A DNA stretch of 64,000 nt from an uncultured Puniceicoccaceae bacterium (GTDB taxonomy: Bacteria; Verrucomicrobiota; Verrucomicrobiia; Opitutales; Oceanipulchritudinaceae), in contig CAWVVV010000002.1 in NCBI GenBank assembly GCA_963933835.1, positions 32,001-96,000 of the forward strand, in the 5' to 3' direction. A model generated the notes under the pieces. It ran no database searches, was not told the origin of the DNA, and was given only the letters and a program-made list of their open reading frames with translations. The position numbers and the translations under genes were made by a program. Shown in pieces: positions 19,118 through 29,128 of the stretch. The stretch's first letter is position 1, and each line of letters opens with the position of its first letter.

Positions 19118-20248
19118 CTAGAGCAATTTTTGAGTAGCCTGTGATTCACCCTCGTCGTCCGAGTTCGGCAAGCGAACGCGCACGGTGGTGCCTTCGCCAG
19201 GAAGACTATCGATCGCGATCTCACCCTTGAGCATCGCGACAAATTCTCTCGTGAGGGAGAGGCCGAGCCCCACCCCTTTTTCTCCAAGCGTGCCCGTAGT
19301 GGATTCGAGCTGTTCGCCCATGAGCACCTTTTCGATTTGTCTACTTTGCATCCCGACACCGCGGTCGATGACACCGAGGTAATAACACCCATCCTCTAAG
19401 CGATGTTCTACTCGGACGGTTCCTCCGACGGACGAAAACTTGATCGCATTGGCGACAAGGTTGCGAACAACATAGGCCATGAGGTCGCGATCCGTCGTAA
19501 CAAAGAGTTCGGCTGGGGGCTCGTGGATGAGTGTAACCTCCTTGCGCGCCGCATCGAGTTGCAAAAGCCCGAGGGCTTCTTCCGCGACCGGAACGAGATC
19601 CACTTTATGGAACTTTGGCTGGATGCCGTCGCGATGGACACTCGACCAACCGAGCAGGTTGTTGAGGGTGTCGCTGAGGTGTCGGGTGGATTCCTCCAAG
19701 GTTCCAGCATACTCGTTCATCTTCGCCTTATCGAGCTCATCGGGCGAGTAGCGCAGCATGTACATGAGCGCATTGAGCTGCGAGATAGGCGAACGTAGGT
19801 CGTGCCCGATGATGGATAGAATCGTGTCGCGAGTGCGGGTCGATTCCCGCAGCTCACTGTGCATGCTGAGCAGCTCATTTTCGTAGAGCCGTCGGGCAGA
19901 GACATCTTCGACGATGAGGACGACCTGTTTCACTTCGCCTTCACCGCGTAGAAGCTGGGCATCGAGGCGAAGCACCTGGGTCGTGCCGTCGTCGAGCTCA
20001 CGGCGAACCTCGCCCTGCGTGTCATTCCCACTGAAGGCTGGGCGCAAAATTTTCAACCACCGGTCGCGCTCAGAATCATCAACGATGTCTATGAGGCTGT
20101 CGCCGGGATGGATTTTTATGCCGTAGCTAAGGCTCAGGAGCTCCGACGCCCGCAGGTTTACACGCCGAATCGATGAGTCAGTTTCGAGGACGATGACGCC
20201 ACGAGGAAGCTGCTCAAGGATATCCATCTGGGTGGAAAGGTCATCCAT
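19118..20248 (-). CDS. PAS-domain sensor histidine kinase (cytoplasmic)
   Basis: H-box IIGHDLRSP, N-box RNLVANAIKFS, G boxes DRGVG and GVGLGL; alternative TTG start at 20257. Confidence 0.9.
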   Translation of the reverse strand: MDDLSTQMDILEQLPRGVIVLETDSSIRRVNLRASELLSLSYGIKIHPGDSLIDIVDDSERDRWLKILRPAFSGNDTQGEVRRELDDGTTQVLRLDAQLLRGEGEVKQVVLIVEDVSARRLYENELLSMHSELRESTRTRDTILSIIGHDLRSPISQLNALMYMLRYSPDELDKAKMNEYAGTLEESTRHLSDTLNNLLGWSSVHRDGIQPKFHKVDLVPVAEEALGLLQLDAARKEVTLIHEPPAELFVTTDRDLMAYVVRNLVANAIKFSSVGGTVRVEHRLEDGCYYLGVIDRGVGMQSRQIEKVLMGEQLESTTGTLGEKGVGLGLSLTREFVAMLKGEIAIDSLPGEGTTVRVRLPNSDDEGESQATQKLL

Positions 20249-20355
20249 GGTTAGCAACGTGTCTCAACATTATATGAGTATTAACCCCCATAAGCGGGTG
20301 ATTTACAAGGCTGATCGCGAAGAAAAACGAGGCCCGCCTGTCAGCTGCTCCTACA

Positions 20356-21147
20356 CTAGACAAAGTCAGCAAACCCTCGCTTCAGCCACCCAAACACCAC
20401 GACCCCAACAAAACACAGCACAATCCCAAAAATGAGGCTGAAAATGTAGAATCCAAAATCGAGCGATACGCCCCAGAGCAAGACCCGGCGAGATTCTTCA
20501 ATGACGTGGAGGAGTGGATTCCACCGCATGAAAGCCCAAATCTGCGGGTAGGCCTCAACCTCTGATCGGCTGTAAAAGACCCCGCTGGACCAGAATACAA
20601 TCTGCGACAGCATCCGGATCGCTTGCCCAAAGTCTCCAACATAGACCGATACCGCCGAGATCCCTGCATTCATCCCTAGCGCGATGAGAAAAAGCGGCAA
20701 AATCAAGACAGGCAAAAGCAGGAGCACGTAGGCTTCACTGGGCTGAAGAATGATCACCCCGATGCTCCAGGCTGCCAGGGTAAGACTCAGCTTCAAAAAA
20801 CTCGAGATGGTATGCGCCAAAGGAATGACGATGAGCGGCAGCGCGTTCTTTTTGACCAAGTTCGACTGACTGGTGAGGAGACCCGGCGCGATCCCCATCG
20901 GCTCTGTAATCGTCTGCACAAGCATCATTCCGATGAAGACCCCAAGCGCGTAGTGCCAAGTCGTTTCGCCATCCACGACACCAAAGCTACGGTTAAAAAT
21001 GACCCCAAAAACGACGGTATAGATGCCAAGCTGAACGAGGGGGCCGATAATCAGCCACACCCATCCGAGGAAACTATTCTGGGTCTGTTCCTGGAGGTGG
21101 CGAAAGGTGAGAGCCAGGATGAGGGACGGTGTGAGGCGCTGCTGCAT
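20356..21147 (-). CDS. wzm: ABC-2 polysaccharide exporter permease (Wzm/RfbA-like)
   Basis: SFLGWVWLIIGP, NLVKK, WNPLLHVIEESR, C-terminal KRGFADFV. Confidence 0.88.
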   Translation of the reverse strand: MQQRLTPSLILALTFRHLQEQTQNSFLGWVWLIIGPLVQLGIYTVVFGVIFNRSFGVVDGETTWHYALGVFIGMMLVQTITEPMGIAPGLLTSQSNLVKKNALPLIVIPLAHTISSFLKLSLTLAAWSIGVIILQPSEAYVLLLLPVLILPLFLIALGMNAGISAVSVYVGDFGQAIRMLSQIVFWSSGVFYSRSEVEAYPQIWAFMRWNPLLHVIEESRRVLLWGVSLDFGFYIFSLIFGIVLCFVGVVVFGWLKRGFADFV

Positions 21148-21294
21148 GATCGCAATAGAGGGGTTGGCGGAAGCACATCCAGAGTGTGTCGAGCCATCGC
21201 ACGAAACTCCATCCGCTAGATCAAACGTCTAAAGGTCAATCTCGTAAAAGCTTGCCTGAGTAAGGGCGGGAGAACGAATCTTCGCTACCTCCCC

Positions 21295-22665
21295 ATGGCC
21301 TCTATCGTCTGCGATCAACTCACCAAGCAATACGTCCTCCATGCGGGTCCCTCGTATCGGCTCGGCCACGCCCTCCGCCTCGCGAAAACCCCTTTCATTA
21401 AGAGATTCGGGGAGCGCCTGACCTCATCGACGAAAGGTCACAGCATCACTGTGCTTCACCCTTTCAGCACAAAAATCGTCCCCGGCGAGTCCGTCGCGAT
21501 CCTCGGGCGCAATGGATCCGGAAAGAGCACCCTGCTCTCCCTCCTCGCTGGCGTCCTCTCGCCGTCCAGCGGAAGCTTTCAGCTCGATGGCAAAGTCGCC
21601 TCTATTCTCGAACTCGGAAGCGGCTTCAACGAGCAGTTCACCGGGCGCAACAACCTCAAGCTCCGCGCCGCGATGTATGGCTTGTCTCCAGCCGCACTGG
21701 ACGAACGGATGGATGACATCCTCAGCTTTGCGGATATCGGTGAGTTCTTCGACGAACCTGTCTCGACCTACTCCACTGGAATGAAGATGCGGTTGAGCTT
21801 CGCGCTCAATACGATGATCGATCCTGACATCCTCATCATCGACGAAGCGCTGTCGGTCGGTGACGCCTTTTTTCAGGCCAAGTGCCTACGCTGGATCGAA
21901 GACTTTATCGCTAAAGGGCGCATCTTTCTCTGCGTCTCGCACGACATCGGGTCAGTCATGAAACTCTGCCAACGTGGCATCGTTCTCGAAAAAGGCCGCA
22001 CCATCTGCGAAGCCCCCATCCGCGATGCCGTCAACGCCTACTATCGCGCCCAGCGCGGTATCATGACGAAGGGGCAAATTCTCTCGGAGGCCAAGACCGA
22101 GAACAAGGATGAGCCCGAAGACGAAACCGACACTTCCACCGCATCCCCATCAACCCCGATGGAAGTCATCGATGAAGAGGGCTGGGAGAACGTCACCCTC
22201 GAGACAAGCCAACGCACCGGTGATCAAGTCCTCGAAATCTGCGCCGTAGCCACCCAACCGCGCCTCGAAGCTGCCCACCAAGTCGGCGACTGGCTCAAGG
22301 TTCAGGTGCGCCTCCGCGCAAACCATGATGTCGCGCGCCATCACCTCGGCTTTGGATTCCGCGACAAGCGCGGCGTGCTCTTCGGCGGCTTTCACTCTTT
22401 CTACGTCGAAGAGGAAGACATCCAACCCCTCGATCGCGGCGAAGAGCTTGTCGCGACTTTTGAGGTCTCCCTCATGATGCCGCCCGGCACCTACCTTCTC
22501 TTGGTAGGCGCATCAGAGAACCTCACCGACACCGAGTGGACCGACTTCGATGTCATCTGGGACGCCGCCCGTATCACAATCAGCGGACACGCTCAGTTCT
22601 GGGGTAACTCGGCGATGCCGCAGCGAAATTTTCAGACCCGCAAGCTCGCCCACCCTGACGCCTGA
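21295..22665 (+). CDS. wzt: Polysaccharide exporter ATPase with Wzt C-terminal domain
   Basis: GRNGSGKST, LELGSGF, YSTGMKMRL, IIDEALSVGDAFFQAKC, C-terminal beta domain (PPGTYLL). Confidence 0.9.
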   Translation: MASIVCDQLTKQYVLHAGPSYRLGHALRLAKTPFIKRFGERLTSSTKGHSITVLHPFSTKIVPGESVAILGRNGSGKSTLLSLLAGVLSPSSGSFQLDGKVASILELGSGFNEQFTGRNNLKLRAAMYGLSPAALDERMDDILSFADIGEFFDEPVSTYSTGMKMRLSFALNTMIDPDILIIDEALSVGDAFFQAKCLRWIEDFIAKGRIFLCVSHDIGSVMKLCQRGIVLEKGRTICEAPIRDAVNAYYRAQRGIMTKGQILSEAKTENKDEPEDETDTSTASPSTPMEVIDEEGWENVTLETSQRTGDQVLEICAVATQPRLEAAHQVGDWLKVQVRLRANHDVARHHLGFGFRDKRGVLFGGFHSFYVEEEDIQPLDRGEELVATFEVSLMMPPGTYLLLVGASENLTDTEWTDFDVIWDAARITISGHAQFWGNSAMPQRNFQTRKLAHPDA

Positions 22666-22677
22666 TCCCGTCCCACC

Positions 22678-23751
22678 ATGTCCGACGAAACTCCCATCAT
22701 ACCCGAGCGCGCCGATGTCGATGAACGCGTCGACCCACTAGATCGCCTCTCGCCTTTCACCGTCGATCACCTCGCGCGTTACTACATCGCCAGCCAAGTC
22801 GTCGCGGGTAAAGAGGTCCTCGACGCCGCCTGTGGGATCGGTTTTGGAGCGCGTATTCTCGCCGAAGCAGGCGCTGCCAAGGTCACCGCGGCTGATCTCG
22901 ACGCAGGCACCCTAGAGCGCGCGCATGCTCGCTACGATCACCCCGCGATCAACTACCTCGCCGCTGACCTAGAAAAAGGCGCCTGGGCCAGCGAAGGTCC
23001 ATGGGACGTCATCTGCAGCTTCGAAACGCTCGAACATCTGCGCGAGCCAGAGACCTTTGTTCAGCGCCTGCGGCAAGCACTGAAAAGCAATGGCCTCCTC
23101 CTCCTTTCTGTTCCCGGTGAAGTCGACCAGGACCGCGACAACCCTTTCCACTTTCAGCACTTTACGAAGGCTTCTCTCGAAGAACTGATCGGCGGGTCCT
23201 TCGCTCAAGTGCATGTCATCGAGCAACGCTTCTCGATCGCCGCGGAATTTCAGTCAGGCGATCAAGTCGCAACCGCCTCGACCTCCATTACCTTGCCAAA
23301 CGAAAGCGACACTCCGGCGATCGACGGCTACCTCGTCATCGCGGGTAATGAGATTACGGATACACTCAAGAAATCGCATATCTGGCACCTTCCAGCTGTA
23401 TGGCAGACGCTCGAAAGCGAGCGCATTGAGCTCTACCGTCAATGCGAGATCAGTCACGCCGGCTACCATAAAGCCCATGCTGAACTCGCCGAGCTCACGC
23501 AAAAATTCACCGCCTGCCTCGCGTGGGGCAAAGCCCATTTCCAAACCGCGACCGGCAAAGGCGATCCCGGCAACGACCCGATCGATAACCTCCAGTCTCA
23601 GGTCTACGAGAAGAACAACGCCCTCAAGGCCGAGCTCGATGAAGCCAAGGCAACGATTGCCAAACTCGAAGCCGAGCTCGCTGAGCTCAATAGCCAAGCG
23701 GATGAAACCAGCACCTTCCAGCAACGGCTAAAGAGTGTGCTAGGCCGCTAA
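22678..23751 (+). CDS. Class I SAM methyltransferase with C-terminal coiled coil
   Basis: HLARY, VLDAACGIGFG, SFETLEH, NPFH; heptad-rich tail LKAELDEAKATIAKLEAELAEL. Confidence 0.85.
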   Translation: MSDETPIIPERADVDERVDPLDRLSPFTVDHLARYYIASQVVAGKEVLDAACGIGFGARILAEAGAAKVTAADLDAGTLERAHARYDHPAINYLAADLEKGAWASEGPWDVICSFETLEHLREPETFVQRLRQALKSNGLLLLSVPGEVDQDRDNPFHFQHFTKASLEELIGGSFAQVHVIEQRFSIAAEFQSGDQVATASTSITLPNESDTPAIDGYLVIAGNEITDTLKKSHIWHLPAVWQTLESERIELYRQCEISHAGYHKAHAELAELTQKFTACLAWGKAHFQTATGKGDPGNDPIDNLQSQVYEKNNALKAELDEAKATIAKLEAELAELNSQADETSTFQQRLKSVLGR

Positions 23752-23759
23752 ACTAAATC

Positions 23760-25313
23760 TTAGTGCCTGAAGTGGCGGAAGCCGGTGAAGACCATCGCCA
23801 TGCCGCGCTCGTTGGCTGCTGCGATGACTTCTTCGTCGCGAACGGAACCACCCGGCTGGATAGCGCATGTTGCACCGGCCTCTGCCGCAGCGATGAGGCC
23901 GTCGGAAAAAGGGAAAAAGGCATCTGAGCAAACAGCTGAGCCCGCAAGGTCGAGCTTCGCTTCGCCTGCTTTCCAGACGGCGATCTTCGAGGCGTCAACG
24001 CGTGACATCTGGCCTGCTCCAATCCCGACCGTGCGTTCGTCACCAGCGTAGACGATGGCGTTACTCTTGACGTGTTTGCACACGCTCCAACCGAAGAACA
24101 TCGAGCGCCATTCCTCCGGGGTCGGAGCACGTTCGGTCACGACTTTGGCATCGGTCGGCTTGAGGCGCTTTTGGTCGCGGTCTTGGACGAGGATGCCACC
24201 GACAGCAGAACGGAAATCTTTCAGGCTTTCTGCACCGACACCGTCCTTCGCGATCATGAGGCGGAGGTTCTTACGCTTGGCAAAGAGTGCTCGCGCTTCA
24301 TCGGTGAAGAAAGGGGCGATGATGACCTCGCAGAAAATCTCGCGGATCTTATTCGCCAGCTCCCCGTCGACCGTCTGGTTGACTACGATGATGCCACCAA
24401 AAGGGGCCTGCTTATCCGTCGCAAAGGCGCGATCCCATGCGGTGCAAAGGTCATCTGCACTCGCTACACCACACGGGTTGGTGTGCTTGAGAATGCCGAC
24501 TGTCGGACGTTCGAATTCACCGATGAGATAGGTCGCGGCCGAAATATCGATGATGTTGTTAAAGCTTAGCTCCTTGCCTTGGAGTTGCTCGAAGACCTCG
24601 AAGAAGCGACCGTAGAGCGCCGCGCTTTGATGCGGGTTCTCCCCGTAGCGCAGGTCTTTTGCCTTCGGCAGCTCAATCTCTATCTTAGGCGGCAAGCCAC
24701 GCAGCGCAGCGAGGTCGGGCTCACCCTCGTCCATCTGGTCGCCGAGGTATTTCGCGATCGCGCCATCGTAAGTGCTCGTGCGAACAAAGACTTTCACCGC
24801 AAGCTTCCGACGGAGAGCCAACAGTTTGTCATCGTCGCCCGTCGCTTCGAGTACCGACGCGTAGTCCTCGGGGTCGGTCACGACCGTGACGAAGCGGTGG
24901 TTCTTTGCCGCGCTGCGAAGCATCGAGGGACCACCGATATCGATCTGCTCGATCGCCTCACTGAGCTTCACAAAGGGCTTCCGAATCGTCTCCTCAAAGG
25001 GATAAAGGTTCACCACCACGAGATCGATCATCCCGATACCGTGCTCAGTGGCTTTTGCCATGTGCTCAGGATTGTCGCGCAGGGCGAGCAGACCACCGTG
25101 TACCGCCGGATGGAGCGTCTTCACTCGCCCATCCATCATCTCTGGAAAGCCGGTGTACTCGCTCACATCTTTGACCTCCAAACCCGCTTCACGGAGGACA
25201 CGAGCGGTGCCGCCTGTGCTCAGAAGCGAGTAGCCATGCTGCTCTACGAGAGCGGTGGCGAAATCAACAATACCAGTCTTATCACTGACGGAGAGGAGCG
25301 CGCGTTTTTCCAC
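23760..25313 (-). CDS. purH: Bifunctional AICAR transformylase / IMP cyclohydrolase
   Basis: [47 protein letters not shown]. Confidence 0.97.
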   Translation of the reverse strand: MEKRALLSVSDKTGIVDFATALVEQHGYSLLSTGGTARVLREAGLEVKDVSEYTGFPEMMDGRVKTLHPAVHGGLLALRDNPEHMAKATEHGIGMIDLVVVNLYPFEETIRKPFVKLSEAIEQIDIGGPSMLRSAAKNHRFVTVVTDPEDYASVLEATGDDDKLLALRRKLAVKVFVRTSTYDGAIAKYLGDQMDEGEPDLAALRGLPPKIEIELPKAKDLRYGENPHQSAALYGRFFEVFEQLQGKELSFNNIIDISAATYLIGEFERPTVGILKHTNPCGVASADDLCTAWDRAFATDKQAPFGGIIVVNQTVDGELANKIREIFCEVIIAPFFTDEARALFAKRKNLRLMIAKDGVGAESLKDFRSAVGGILVQDRDQKRLKPTDAKVVTERAPTPEEWRSMFFGWSVCKHVKSNAIVYAGDERTVGIGAGQMSRVDASKIAVWKAGEAKLDLAGSAVCSDAFFPFSDGLIAAAEAGATCAIQPGGSVRDEEVIAAANERGMAMVFTGFRHFRH

Positions 25314-25488
25314 CGGAACGTTGTCACGTTTACGTCACACCGAAGGCAAGGCGAAAGCTGCAATTTCATCGCCTAGTGAAGCGACTTGCACGAGCTGTCC
25401 TATATTAAGCGCAAACTGAATAGAGGCCTCCACATCAATAGTGTCTTCCTTGACAAAATGCCTAGTCAGGTATAGGCAGTTTCCCCTA

Positions 25489-26157
25489 ATGTCTAAATCT
25501 GCCTGTCTCAAAACTCTCACTGTTTCAATCTTAGGACTCTTAGTATCGAGCTCATCCGTTTTTGGAACCATCTTCGCTCTTAATAATATATCAGGAGCCA
25601 ATTCTGCCATTATCACTACGACCCCGCCGAACCCAGTTACCCAAAACCCAAACGATGGGATTTTGCTAGCATGGAACGAAATTCAAAACCATACCCTAAT
25701 TTCTGACATCAAGGTGGATCGGGTTTTTGATCAAAATGCTAGCTTTGTTGAAGCCGTAAGTGGAGGCTACGTCCTCAAGGCTGGAACCGTTGTATCGAGT
25801 CACTACTTTCAATGGGATCCGGGCAACGGATCCGCAACTCGAGTGTCTGGAACAATCCAACTAGATGCTCAAGTATTCGCTGTTCTAACCGCGGACCAGA
25901 ACCTCTTTGATTCAGATTTCCTTGGCCTGCCTGGGGTCAATTATAATGACTTCACGCTTAGAGGGATCGAAAGCGGAGACACCACCACATTCAATGGCAG
26001 TGATCTTGATTTCAGCTGGTTTACAGGTTCACCCGGCGACTGGGTGAGAGTCTTATCTGCCTATTCGCCAATTGCTTCAATACCTGAGCCATCTTCTCAA
26101 GTTGGATTGCTTGGCCTCTTATCTTTCACACTCGTACTGAGAAGAAGACGCCTCTAG
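25489..26157 (+). CDS. Secreted PEP-CTERM-type sorting domain protein
   Basis: N-terminal signal peptide; C-terminus IPEPSS + hydrophobic stretch + RRRRL. Confidence 0.85.
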   Translation: MSKSACLKTLTVSILGLLVSSSSVFGTIFALNNISGANSAIITTTPPNPVTQNPNDGILLAWNEIQNHTLISDIKVDRVFDQNASFVEAVSGGYVLKAGTVVSSHYFQWDPGNGSATRVSGTIQLDAQVFAVLTADQNLFDSDFLGLPGVNYNDFTLRGIESGDTTTFNGSDLDFSWFTGSPGDWVRVLSAYSPIASIPEPSSQVGLLGLLSFTLVLRRRRL

Positions 26158-26750
26158 TAATCCTCGCGCGCCTTGATGTCAGTGAAGTTGATGTGGACGA
26201 GAAGGAGGAACTTGTAGTTATGAAAGTAGGATTTTCCGATCGAGGGTTTGGTTGAGAGGATCTGCTTACCCTTCCGGTCGTAGGCTAGAATCGCTATCGT
26301 TGTGAGCGAATCCATCGCCTCTTTGCCGTAGATGACTAGCTCGGGGGTTTCCGTTACGGTTGTTCCGACAACTGGAATCGGAAGGGATGGAATACCCAGA
26401 AGGGACTTTGAAGGATCAACACCTAATCCGCCACAGCGCGGCTCAACAACGACATCCGCTTCTTCCGCCGTTGCTACGAGGATGACCCCGCTATCGCTCA
26501 GCTTCGCTCGGATGGCTCCCTTGACGTAATTTACGTCGTAAGAATCCAAATACGAATCGTCGACAAAGACCTTTTCACCTTCGAGCTCAACAAGGACTAT
26601 TTTCGCCAGTGCATTGTCCACCGCGGTGCTCAGAAGGAGCTGCTCGATACCCGTCCGCTCTGGGCGGGTGAAGGTCGGGCTGGTGCAGCCAGAGATAAGG
26701 AGGCTGATGAAGCCTGCGGCGAGAAGAGCGATGGGACGATAAGCGAACAT
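26154..26750 (-). CDS. Hypothetical lipoprotein (DUF6655-like)
   Basis: Lipobox LISGC; RTGIEQLLLSTAVD motif. Confidence 0.75.
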   Translation of the reverse strand: MFAYRPIALLAAGFISLLISGCTSPTFTRPERTGIEQLLLSTAVDNALAKIVLVELEGEKVFVDDSYLDSYDVNYVKGAIRAKLSDSGVILVATAEEADVVVEPRCGGLGVDPSKSLLGIPSLPIPVVGTTVTETPELVIYGKEAMDSLTTIAILAYDRKGKQILSTKPSIGKSYFHNYKFLLLVHINFTDIKAREDY

Positions 26751-26874
26751 GCCCTAATCCTGAAACGAAAATTCGCTAAGCCGTAAAGCCTCCTAAGGGC
26801 TCGGGGGTGATTTTCACCCTGCCATTGGACTTGTCACTTGCGGGGCATGCACCCGCCTCCCACATTTATCCCTT

Positions 26875-27666
26875 ATGTCTACGGGGCTCCATACCCAGCC
26901 ACTCCAAATCGGCGACCGCACGTTCAGCAGTCGTCTGCTTTTAGGAACAGGTAAGTTCTCTTCCAACGAGAGCATGCGCACCGCCTGCGATGCTTCCGGC
27001 AGCGAGCTCGTCACCGTCGCGCTCAAGCGCGCCAGCCTGAACGGGCCAGATGAATTTGCCGATATTCTCGACTTTCTAGATTCGGATCGATTTCTGATCC
27101 TTCCGAACACCGCTGGGGCAATGGACGCCGAAGAAGCTGTGCGCATCGCGCGCCTCTCCGAAGCGGCCGGTCTTCCTAAGTGGGTGAAACTCGAGATCCA
27201 TCCCGACCCAAATTACCTCCTCCCCGACCCGATCGAAACGCTCAAAGCCGCCGAAATCCTCGTCGCTGAAGGCTGGACTGTCCTCCCTTACATTAACGCT
27301 GACCCCGTGCTCGCCGCTCGCCTTCAAGACGTCGGCTGCGCCACCGTGATGCCGCTCGGCTCACCGATCGGCTCGAACAAGGGGCTCGAAACCGCCGCAC
27401 AGCTCCGAATCATCATCGAGCAAGCCCGCGTCCCCGTCGTTGTTGACGCCGGGATCGGTGCCCCCAGCCACGCCGCCGCTGCGATGGAGCTCGGAGCCGA
27501 TGCTGTCCTCGTGAACACCGCTATCGCGATTGCGCCAGATCCCGCCCGCATGGCTCGCGCCTTTGCCACCGCCGTCGAAGCGGGACGTGCCGCCTACGAG
27601 ATAGGCCTCGGAGCGACTTCGGAAAAAGCGAAAGCGAGCAGCCCGCTCACGACCTTTCTTGAATGA
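26875..27666 (+). CDS. thiG: Thiazole synthase
   Basis: [40 protein letters not shown]. Confidence 0.97.
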   Translation: MSTGLHTQPLQIGDRTFSSRLLLGTGKFSSNESMRTACDASGSELVTVALKRASLNGPDEFADILDFLDSDRFLILPNTAGAMDAEEAVRIARLSEAAGLPKWVKLEIHPDPNYLLPDPIETLKAAEILVAEGWTVLPYINADPVLAARLQDVGCATVMPLGSPIGSNKGLETAAQLRIIIEQARVPVVVDAGIGAPSHAAAAMELGADAVLVNTAIAIAPDPARMARAFATAVEAGRAAYEIGLGATSEKAKASSPLTTFLE

Positions 27667-28844
27667 ACTTCTCGGAACAGTTTCCAGACCTTCCCCTGCG
27701 CGAACTCGCGGCGGTTTCGCACACAGCGACCGATGCCCAGCTCGACCGTATTCTCGCTCAGGGTCATGCCCGCGATCTGAACGACTTTGCCGCACTCCTC
27801 TCGCCTGTCGCGAGCCGTCGGCTCGAGGAACTCGCCGCCCTCTCTCAGCGCATCACCCAACGGCATTTCGGCAAAACCATCCGCCTCTTTGCCCCGCTCT
27901 ATCTGAGCAATGAGTGCATCAACATCTGCAAATACTGCGGCTTTTCGCGTAACAACGACATCCCACGCGTCACCCTCGATGTCGCCGAAGTAGCGGATGA
28001 AGCACGACGCCTCGCCCGCCAAGGTTTCCGCTCCATTCTCCTCGTCGCCGGCGAGCACCCCAAATACGTTTCCAAAGGCTACGTCAGCGAAGTCATCGAG
28101 GAGATTCTGCCCTTTATTCCGAGTGTCGCCCTAGAACTCGGCCCCCTCGAAACCGCTCCCTATCGCATGATGGTCGAAGCAGGCGCAGAAGGTCTCATCT
28201 GCTATCAAGAAAGCTACGACGAGCACACCTACCGTGACCTGCATCCCGCCGGCCCGAAGAAGAATTTTTTCTGGAGAATGGATACACCCGAGCGCGCCTA
28301 CGCCGCTGGCTTTCGTCGGCTCGGCATTGGACCTCTCTTTGGACTACAAGACTGGCGCTTCGAGGCGCTTTCGACCGCTGCTCACGCACGGCACCTGTTG
28401 AAACACTGCTGGAAAGCCTCGCTCTCCCTCAGCCTGCCGAGGATGCGCCCCGCAGCGGGCGGCTGGTCTCCTGAGGACGCCTTCCACATGCACGACCGGG
28501 AACTTGTTCAAGCCATCTGCGCCTTCCGCCTCTTCCTTCCGACCGCGGCCGTCGTCGTTTCGACCCGCGAGCACCCAGGCCTGCGCAATGGTCTCGTCCG
28601 CCTCGGAACAACCTCGATGAGCGCCGGCAGTTCGACCGAGCCGGGCGGCTATAAAACCTATGACGAAAATACTTGGCAGCAGACGAAGCCTACTCAAGAG
28701 GGCGAACAGTTCCACATCGCCGACGAACGCTCTCCTCGCACCATCGCTGAGATGATTCGCGAGCAAGGCTATGAACCCGTCTGGAAAGATTTTGACGCCA
28801 GCCTCGTCAGCTCAAAAACCACCGAAGTCGAACTATGCGGATAA
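27663..28844 (+). CDS. thiH: 2-iminoacetate synthase (radical SAM)
   Basis: [50 protein letters not shown]. Confidence 0.95.
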   Translation: MNFSEQFPDLPLRELAAVSHTATDAQLDRILAQGHARDLNDFAALLSPVASRRLEELAALSQRITQRHFGKTIRLFAPLYLSNECINICKYCGFSRNNDIPRVTLDVAEVADEARRLARQGFRSILLVAGEHPKYVSKGYVSEVIEEILPFIPSVALELGPLETAPYRMMVEAGAEGLICYQESYDEHTYRDLHPAGPKKNFFWRMDTPERAYAAGFRRLGIGPLFGLQDWRFEALSTAAHARHLLKHCWKASLSLSLPRMRPAAGGWSPEDAFHMHDRELVQAICAFRLFLPTAAVVVSTREHPGLRNGLVRLGTTSMSAGSSTEPGGYKTYDENTWQQTKPTQEGEQFHIADERSPRTIAEMIREQGYEPVWKDFDASLVSSKTTEVELCG

Positions 28845-29035
28845 CCGCTAACAGCGAATCCTACGACCTCCCTGAGGGCAGCACACTCGACAGCTTTGTT
28901 CGCGACCGCTCGCTCGCTCTCGAACGCGTCGTCGTCGAGTGCAATGGTGAAGCCCTTACACCCAGTGAAGCGCGCGCTGCGGTTCTAAAGGATGGCGACC
29001 GCCTAGAGATTGTCCGTATCGTCGCAGGTGGTTGA
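28835..29035 (+). CDS. thiS: Sulfur carrier protein
   Basis: 66 aa, VVECNG, GDRLEIV, C-terminal GG. Confidence 0.93.
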   Translation: MRITANSESYDLPEGSTLDSFVRDRSLALERVVVECNGEALTPSEARAAVLKDGDRLEIVRIVAGG

Positions 29036-29123
29036 GGAATGATGAATAGAAATGTATAAGAATAGCACTACACTCTCCCACCCGCACCCTACATTCATCA
29101 CTCATCATTCAAGATTCATCATT
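29033..29123. repeat. Inverted heptamer arrays (TGATGAA / TTCATCA) with no cargo gene
   Basis: Left TGAGGAA TGATGAA; right TTCATCA CTCATCA TTCAAGA TTCATCA; AATGATGAAT (29038-29047) pairs perfectly with ATTCATCATT (29114-29123). Confidence 0.75.
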
Positions 29124-29128
29124 AATGC

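Noticed and set aside
26751..26874. TPP riboswitch upstream of thiG
   Set aside because: Core motifs (CTGAGA, ACCTGA...GTAATGCC...GGGA) not found.
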